NCBI GenBank assembly: GCA_032718475.1
Contig: JAUCBJ010007651.1
Coordinates: 1-41,636 of the forward strand
Origin: Nemertoderma westbladi
Lineage: Eukaryota; Animalia; Xenacoelomorpha
Length of the DNA: 41,636 nt
Direction of reading: 5' to 3'
Shown here piece after piece: positions 33,468 to 41,636 of the stretch. Position numbers and translations under genes: made by a program. Under the pieces are notes generated by a model that ran no database searches, was not told the DNA's origin, and saw only the letters and a list, made by a program, of their open reading frames with translations. Each line of letters opens with the position of its first letter. Position 1 is the stretch's first letter.

Positions 33468-34640
33468 AATAAACTTGTGTTGCGAGGACAGCAACACCTG
33501 GTTGTTTATATAACTACCAAGACCGATCGCACCGATCTAAGCTTTCCTCTATAAAAAGCATTGAGTTTATCCCCCTACATTGGTGAGTGATCCCAGTAAA
33601 TGTTTATTTACATCGGTACAAAAAAGCGGGAAGTGCAATCGCTTTCCATAAGACTAAGTGTTTCTATGTCTAACATCTCAATAGTTTGTGCTACTTGTAT
33701 TTTTCATGCCGCACATATTGACACATATCCAAAAATTTCGTAATCAATAATGTACGATATATTTCAGCGTCATATTCATGATCAGTATCCCAAAAAGCCT
33801 ATATGGAAATAAAATAAATTGGTTTTGTGGTGATTTTTCAATATCATATTTGCACTTGTGTACTTGTTTTTTCGTACATTCAAAATTACAAAAAATTTTC
33901 ACGAATGTTATATTTTAGTTCTATAATTGTGATCAGCATCAAAAAAAAACTGATATATACTGCAAATAAATTTATTTTAGAGAGCCATAAAAAAGGTTTG
34001 AAAATTTAGCACGAAAAATACTGGAGATGGGTACCAGAAAGGGACCATAGCACGAAAACTAACATAGCCATGTAAATGGCGTTTTCGCTGTTGGATAGCC
34101 CATTCAATTTTAAGAAAAGTCATAAAAATTAGGTTTTCCTTACAAAGCTGACTCAAAGATACAGATGATTTACAAAAATATTTCTAAAATGACGCCCACC
34201 GCCACGGGGGATGCTGCCAGGGGAATGCTGCCATGATGCCGCCAGGGGAATGCTGCATCAGTAATATCATTACAACCATTCTAAATGCACTGAAAATATC
34301 TTCTGATTATGTTTGAGGGTGATTATTGTTATGAATTATAAATTTAACATTTACATTATTACAATGGCTACAGGGCATTTGCCAATCCATTTCAATAGCG
34401 TCATTTTTAAAAAGAAGGATAAAAAAAAGAGAATAAAGGAAAATACTTCCCTTGTTTAATGATTTCGCCACTATAATAAACAAACAAACAAACAAACAAA
34501 CAAACAAACAAACAATGCCGCCCCGCCTAGAGATGAACCCGGGCATGTATGCGGTATGCGTTGGAAGCCCAAGAATAATGTCATCATTAGACAAAGCAGT
34601 TGCTTTGGTCTCGTGGAAAATGCTAAATAGTTAATCAAAT
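33468..34640. mobile_element. Possible Helentron/DINE-like non-autonomous element
   Basis: Begins where RTE homology stops, with a hairpin GTGTTGC-gaggaca-GCAACAC. (CAAA)n at 34478-34515 near the other end. Boundaries uncertain. Confidence 0.35.
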
Positions 34641-35209
34641 AAACAAACCTTGCAATGTTTAAAGACTTCAACCATCCGACAAAAATGATGATTCCTCTAA
34701 AATATTTGGCAGCAGCGGAAATATACCGATAAAAGTTTCCGAAATCAAAGGTTGAGATAAAATGTGTTATTATGAAAACAGGTTTTACAATTATTATTTT
34801 TCCAATTTTTTTTATTTATGATTTTACGGATACACTCACAGTTAATATCATCAATTTAATGACATCAAATTTAATTACAATAAATGTTAATAACATCAAA
34901 TTTGCAATGCTAAATCACCATATATTTATAGCATTCGGTTTTTATTTTTATATGTATTCGTATTTATATGTATGAAAATTTACAATAGTGGAGGAAACTT
35001 AATAAACATAAATTATTAAAAGCTGCTGCTATTACAAAGCAAAAATATTGCCGCCAGCTGCTCTCTACTAGTAAAATAACTAACTATTATGATACGGCAC
35101 CGTAAATAAATACTGTATATCTTTGCCTCGGTGACCTCTAAGGATGCAGCCGCGCGGGCAATATCAGATTTGATCAAGCAAAAGCAAAAGCGGCCTTCTG
35201 CCAAAAGTG

Positions 35210-35680
35210 ACAGCATAGATACATCATGTCATCCGCATTATCAATGCCAGTAGTGTGTTTTTAATGATGGTCTCGGCATCGTGCTTATTCCACCCATGAG
35301 GCCGCCGATGTACAAGATCATGCGTAGGGAGATCCTCACAGGGAAAAGCAAAGTCCTGCAAAGCGGAGTCGGCTCCTTTCAAGTGTATGCTTTGGGATAC
35401 TAATTAAAGACCTCCAATGTTATATAGAGTCTGATGTGTTCATTGTACTGTACTTGACACAGTGGACCCGCCGTAGTAATTTAGTAGTTTGAGTGCATTC
35501 AATACATTTGGTGACCTAGATAGTGGAGGCCAGAAACTCCCATATTCAGTAGGAGTGGTACTTGTTATACTGCGCTGCCATATATATAATCAAACCTTGA
35601 GATTCTGTTTCATCCTATGGGACTTCCAAACCCTGGATAGACTTTCCAATGCCTTCCGCTGACGTACCCATCTGGATCCA
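35210..35680 (-). mobile_element. Older degenerate RTE LINE fragment
   Basis: The reverse complement resembles ~35915-36400 (tccagg.tttggaagtc.catag; ctttgcaggac.ttgcttt). Confidence 0.65.
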
Positions 35681-35856
35681 TTATCAATTTATTCATTGAT
35701 CAAATTATTGTTTAAAGTAGCAGAAGTCATTAGCTCAAAAATCCTTGGAGTTACTGCAATATCTAGAATTGTAAGGTAAGCCAGGCCTACTGACTTGGCT
35801 GGATTTCCTCGAATCCTGGCAGACTGGGGGGGGGGATTTTGACTGAATAAATTCGT

Positions 35857-36526
35857 AAGCATAGGCTCAAAGGATGGTATGCTCGAGCATGTGGATGACT
35901 TCTGTTACCTGGGATCATGGATCCGGATATCGGGTGAGGACCTTCGAATACGTAAGGGAAAGGCATGGGCAGCCTTGAATAGGCTTTCCAGGATTTGGAA
36001 GTCACATAGAATTACTCGAAAACTTAAGGTCCGATTATTTAGAGCAGCAGTAGTTCCAGTACAGGACTCCTCTATGGGAGCCCATGCTGGGTTCTAACTG
36101 CTGAGGACACCAAATCTCTGGATGCACATTCACAAGAATGCGACGCCGGGTTCACTGTGTCAAGTACAATGCACACATTTCCAATCAGACACTATATAAC
36201 ATTGGAGGTGTCTCATTGGTTCCCCCAAGCTTGACACTTGAACAAAGCCGCCTCCGCTTTGCAGGACATTGCTTTCGCTTTGAGGACCAGCCAGTGCATA
36301 ATCTTGTGCTTCTTTGGCACCTCATGGAGTGAATAAGCATGGTGGACAGCCCATGACTTTCTTGAGACGCATCTTAAAGGTCACTGGCCTTGAAGATGCG
36401 GATGATCTACAGTAGCAGATGTCATGGGTGATAGGGAGCTGTGGCGGCCAATTTTGTCGACAAGCCGGCACAGGATTCTTGAAAATGCAGCTTCAATGCA
36501 GCATGCCGATCCTAGTAGTAGTAGTA
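35857..36526 (+). mobile_element. 5'-truncated RTE-clade LINE with intact 3' end
   Basis: LEHVDDFCYLGSWI...RKGKAWAALNRLSRIWKS...LKVRLFRAAV and RLRFAGHCFR. (TAG)n tail at ~36513-36526. Confidence 0.92.
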
Positions 36527-37548
36527 CACCCCCTAGTAGGGGAAATTCGACGCAAATAACAGCTGATTACTCTCAATAATAAAACTGTAACCTGTTCTAT
36601 TGACTTTCTTTAAGGGGAGATGGTATCTCAGGCTAGCCCCATACATTTGACTATTAGCACATATTGACTATTAGAATGGTTCTACAAGAACCGTACAAGA
36701 ACTGTAACCTGCTTCTTTCCCTCAACTGGTTTAAAATTTTAAAATAATTTAAAATATTTTAAAAAGAAGATTTAAAATCGGATTTTAAAATACCCAACTT
36801 ACAAACCACATTTGATGACGGATATTTTCCATTTCTCATTTCCGAAATATCGGTAACATCAATAAAATGATATTTGTCGAGGGAAGTGCGTGGGCGTAGA
36901 GACGGAAACGCGAATGGAAGTGCTGAGTGCGAGTACAAACTAGCAGGAAATATAATAAATAAAACGGAATAAAGGATAGTTATTTAAAAGAAAATAATGT
37001 GAACCGAAATCTATACCCTTTCTTCCTTGTTTACAACTTTTTATTGTGTGGAATTCTGCCTGAGTGTATTTTATTTTGTTTCGCACGTGTAGGCTGGAGC
37101 AGAGTAAGATAGAAAGGTAGAAGAAGAGTAAAAAGAAGAGATAGAAAGAAGAGTAAGATTGAAATATTTCAAACAAGTGCGTGCAAAACTCACTACATGA
37201 ATGCTTAGTCCTAAATCATCCGACTCTCCAAACATGTACAGGTTGTTAGACATCATCTAACGAATCTTCAATCGAATCTCTCTAGTGTTTAAACGGGATT
37301 CCGATCCCGAAAAACAGTAAATCCCGGCAAAATTTGCAACCCCGGTCAAGATCCCGATTTTTTTGTACCGGGATCCCGAACTATAATAATATATAGTTAT
37401 GTAAATTTGTTGAATATCTGACAAATAGTTCCAACGAACCGGAATGTTTTGATTATATGTAATTACTATGTCAGTAAACCATCCAGCACTCAATTGCAAA
37501 ATAATTTTAATATAATTTCATTTCACTAATATTTTAGACGTGTAAGAT

Positions 37549-38845
37549 GGAACTAGGACAATTAATTGCCCACCGAGGTCAATTGCACCCCGAGGACAGT
37601 TTCCCCCCGGACAATTACCCCCTGAGGACAAATGCCTCCCGGACAATTGCCCGCCGGACTATTGCCCCCCGGACTATTGCCCCCGGACAATGTATTGTCC
37701 CCCGATATTTTTTTAATGAATATATTTAAAATCTTGAAGACCTTTGAATGTTTTCGTATAGTTTTATGAAATTAAAGTAATATTACCCTTGATCAACATT
37801 TCTAAACTTAAAATTATTTTGCTTTTTTCGAAAAATCGAAGATTTTTTTCTAGAACATTTTGATTTGATCACCATTTCTAAACTTTAAATTTTCATGTGT
37901 TTTTCAAAATATGCACGATTTTTTTTCTAGAACCATTTGATTGTCTTTATGATGCTATAGCTCTTTTATAACGTAATTTAATGACCAGTCCGTAAACTAC
38001 AGTATGTATTATTATTGTAATGAAATATTTCAGTTGGAAAATATGTAAATTATTGAGCACATAAATAAGCAAACATGGATGTTTTATTAAATATAAAACG
38101 GAGTTAGCTATATAAAATTATTGTTTAATATAGCAAATCTAAATTGCTAGTCAAATTGGAACACACATAGGCCCATGCTCCACTGGCAACACATGGGTCG
38201 TATGTCATAAGTCGTCCGTATGTTAAAAGTATAGCTCCCGTTCTCCACTGGTAAGTCATAAGTCTTGTCTTATAAGATGCGTCTCACATTTTTTCCCGGT
38301 ACAATATTTTCTGGCTTGCTGCTACCCAAAGTATCCAATCTGAGGCCTCTTGCCAGAAAGAACCCATGGGTCTTATGTCAAAGATGGAACAGGAACATGG
38401 GACATAATCACTTTCGACTCTGGGTCGTAACAAATGACTTATGACATACCAGTAGTGATGCTCCCATTGAAACCAATGTGTTCCATAATTTATTTCGACA
38501 AATGAAATACGACTTATGACATACGACATACGACTTACCAGTGGAGCACGGGCCTTATTCATTTTGCAATTATCCTTGTGGCCAATTATTGTTTGGTGGA
38601 TAAGTGTAATTGGGGGCAATTGTCCAGGGGAAATAGTCCGGGGGTCAATTGTTTGGGGGCAATTGTCCGGGTGGCAATTGTCCGGGGGGCAATTGTCCGG
38701 GGGGCAATTGTCCGGGGGGCAATTGTCCGGGGTCAATTGTCCGGGGTGCAATATTCGGGGGGGGGGGGTGGGGGAATTATCCGGGGGGGGGGGCAATTAT
38801 CCGGGGGTCAATTGTCCTCGGGGGCAGGACAATTGTCCGGTTACG
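37549..38845. mobile_element. Mutator-like (MULE) non-autonomous element
   Basis: 9-bp TSD GTGTAAGAT (37540-37548, 38846-38854). Inverted arrays of ~15-bp CCCCGGACAATTGCC units at both ends. Confidence 0.88.
38170..38554. mobile_element. PIF/Harbinger-like MITE
   Basis: TIR GGCCCATGCTCCACTGG / CCAGTGGAGCACGGGCC. Flanks ATA / TTA. Subterminal GTCATAAGTC repeats. Confidence 0.8.
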
Positions 38846-39713
38846 GTGTAAGATAAAGTGAGGGTTACCCAAAACCCGCCACATATACTATTAACTTTAA
38901 TTAATTTTAAGGCAAATTTACAATCCCGATCCCAAAAAACGGGATCCCGAGAGTGATAATCCCGGTCCCGATCAAGGAAATCCAGATAAGTCTGATCCCG
39001 TTTAAACACTAATGTATACAATAATGGTTCCACAAGATTTATCTCTACAACAAACATACATGTTTGTTGTACATACACATACCTGTGTCCCTCCCTCAGC
39101 GTGACACACTTACTACTTTCCCCTTCATTGTTCGTAATAATGTAAGTAATATATATGAGTTGAATACAACCTGTCAGTCAACCTGTAAACTTGGATTCCC
39201 CATGCTTGTCAGTGTGTTCAGTGGTGGGCAGGGCATGCAGATGACTAGATGGATTCGTAGATCAGCTTGAGACCTCAGAAGACTATACGAAATGGCGAGG
39301 AATTTTCATTGATTAAGCTACCAAGGGAATGGAAATCACATGGAATCCAACCTTACCTGTAGGTAAGTTTATTCTGGGCAGCAGTAGAATTTGTGGTGTT
39401 ATGACAGTCCCAGTTGGGCTCATACTGCAGCACCCGAGATGGTACACACACAAGCATGATGCGCAGGACTCAAGGTATAAAATACAATGCTCTGCTCATC
39501 TCATATAAACGAGTCATTGTACAACTCGGTAGGTGACAAAGAATTTCCAAAACCCAGTGGCACCCTGCATGCACTACAATGAGATTTGAAGCTATTGCTA
39601 TCATAGAATTAATCAGCAAGTGCGTTATCTTGCTCTATTGCAGCCCGATCACAGGAGGAAACGTGGTGGTCACTGACCATCACTGGTCAGCCATCGATAT
39701 TCCTAAACACCTG

Positions 39714-41636
39714 CTAAAAGACACTGTTCTTGCGGTTCCATACGATCCCTAGTGCCTTCTGCTGCGATTCTACTCTCTTGTCTGCCATGATTTGTTCCTT
39801 TACCGTCATAGGTTTATCTAGTTTTACCTCCGGTTGTTTATCCTCTATGGCTTCCATGAATTCTTTAGAGTTAGACTGGAATTTCGTCAAGTTAAATCCT
39901 GACTTCTTCAGGATGTCGCGAACTTCGCGCCCTGTGTCGAGGATCTCCTTAACTGAGTTTCCAGAATCCATTCCATCATCCACATAGAAACCGTGTCAAA
40001 TCATATCGGTCGCCTTCTCACTGTACTCCCACTCTTTGCCCTCCACCGTGTCTCTTATGGATGTAGTCGTGGTAAATGAGGACGACATGGCCCCCATATT
40101 CTGCACTACCATCTTGTACATTGGTATCTCCAACGGTTCTACCACAAGAAGCGCTGGCTATCGCTATCCTCCTCAGTCACCCGCACTTGGTTAAACATGC
40201 CCTCTATATCGCACGTGAAGGCGTGTTTTCCACTTCTAAATTTTAACAGAACTTCTATGCACGAGTTGTAGATATTGGGGCCTTCCAGTAGGTAATCGTA
40301 TTTCAATTTCACACCACCCAGTCCTCATCTTCATGACCTCATCTTTGCTCGAGATTGTGGTCACCGCCATTTTACTTGGCCTAGTTTGTATTCCTATCTT
40401 TTTCGCCACCCATCTCTCCGCTAGCGTGAATGCTGCTCCATTATCGACCATCATTAGTGTCGTAACAGATAGCCCGTTCTCTCCTATTATTCTCACTGGT
40501 ACTACTCCGAGTAGTACCATCCCCTGTCCTCCTTGCTCCCATGGTGCTTGTTGCCATCGTCTGGCCTCCAGTTCCATCAGTTTCGGCATATTTGATCAGT
40601 GGTTCTTGACATTCATCCTTTCTGTGTCCTCATACCGCGCATCGATGACATAGTCCATTCTTACCAGTGTAGGCTATCCGATCTTGTTTAAGTAACGACT
40701 GCCAATGCTTGCAGTTTATGGTGGTCTTATGGGTCCCGTTTCTATGCAATTGACATTTGTAATCGGGATTGTAGCGTTCATCATATAGCGCATCGCGTAT
40801 TGCGTTTAGATTCATATCTAATGGTTTGATGTTTTGGTTGCTTGGACTCGGCCTACTGGGGGTGTTGGATTTATACCTATTGGAGTTGTTGCTTTCTTTC
40901 TGTCCCTGCCACGATGTGGCTCTACTCCCAGCTCTCTGCGGACTTGTAGTCCCCTGTGTGGCTGCATACGGTAGCCTGCCATACGGTACCATATGGTAGG
41001 TCTGCCTGCGTGAGATTTTTCATCAAAATCTCATTGCTGTACATCCTCCAGAACAGTAGATATTATTCTGGGTTGCTACCATCAAACTTAAAAGGCTCCA
41101 CTGTATGTGTTATATATATATATATGTGTTATACATATGTGTAAACATATGTTAACATATGTGTTATATCCCTGCATATTATAGTCATACTGGTGTGCAG
41201 GTACCGGCATAGGCCTAGCAGGTTTGCCTACTCACCGGTATGTTAGCCACTACCTCTGGGTCCAATCCTGGCATTCACACTACCCTATCACCTACACGAT
41301 CTCTCCCAGCATGGCCTATAGTATGTGCTGTAAGACCTACAGTATCAGTGTTCATCTGGATCAAAGTTTAATCTTCTCGAATATTCCGAGAACTCCTCCC
41401 CGCGACTACCATATTGTCGATCGGTAGCTATGTTCCGACAGGAAGTTTCCCTCTGATCCCTTCCTCTATCTTCCTCCACGTACCGGTACACTCTGTATCC
41501 CTCACCTGGTGTGTGATATATTTCGCCAGGTTGTGTTTCGCTGGGGTGATGGCAATCTCCCGAAGTACGACCCCACCGACTCTCCCCTTCTAGTTCAATT
41601 ATCAACGGTTCACTGTCCGTCCTATCTCGATGTCTC
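39714..41636 (-). mobile_element. Degenerate BEL/Pao internal region (gag-protease-RT) with internal deletions
   Basis: Minus-strand order: VEPFKFDGSNPE*YLLFW (~41100, Gag), Cys/His knuckles (~40630-40770), TLMMVDNGAAFTL (protease), DYLLEGPN...VLLKFR...FTCDIEGMFNQV and FYVDDGMDS...GFNLTKF.SN (BEL RT). Confidence 0.92.

Larger units (their letters stand above)
37283..39011. mobile_element. hAT-like MITE, outer shell of a nested set
   Basis: Perfect 17-bp TIR TAGTGTTTAAACGGGAT and subterminal ATCCCG repeats. No convincing TSD. Confidence 0.8.

Noticed and set aside
38284-38861. Pro/Gly-repeat ORFs (PPDNC, GQLSG, GGNCP)
   Set aside because: Translations of the 15-bp subterminal repeats of the MULE-like element.
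39100-39710. Possible host exons
   Set aside because: Splice-like signals are present, but there is no sustained frame or recognisable motif.
41101-41235. Apparent intron in the right-hand gag (GTGAGT...ACAG)
   Set aside because: The phases do not fit. The AT-rich part is a local expansion of ATAACACAT within RDITHTVEPFKFDG.

Overview
AT-rich, transposon-dense eukaryotic DNA, most likely from an invertebrate animal (fibrinogen-domain exons with GTAAGT donors; BEL/Pao, RTE and CRE retroelements; piggyBac, hAT, Mutator and Harbinger-type MITEs). I found no prokaryotic operons, CRISPR arrays or rRNA. Host-like coding content is one intact, intronless 539-aa LRR gene with an N-terminal BC-box/cullin-box-like motif (18169-19788), a fragmented paralog of it (26654-28305), and two tandem fibrinogen-related (FReD) exons on the minus strand. 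Three BEL/Pao LTR-retrotransposon pieces are present: a 5' LTR plus gag at the left edge, a 3' LTR plus a duplicated integrase tail at 7.5-12.5 kb, and gag-PR-RT remnants at the right edge. An LTR-like segment (12.5-15.3 kb) carries a tRNA-derived head and a CCAAT/HSE/TATA/Inr promoter. A ~3 kb segmental duplication has its inner edges exactly on LTR termini. The least explained structure is the duplicated cassette around the LRR gene: decayed intronless ORFs plus a cluster of the palindrome TGTTCTAGAACA (heat-shock-element core). All calls come from manual reading and motif recall; no searches were run, and coordinates of degenerate elements are approximate.
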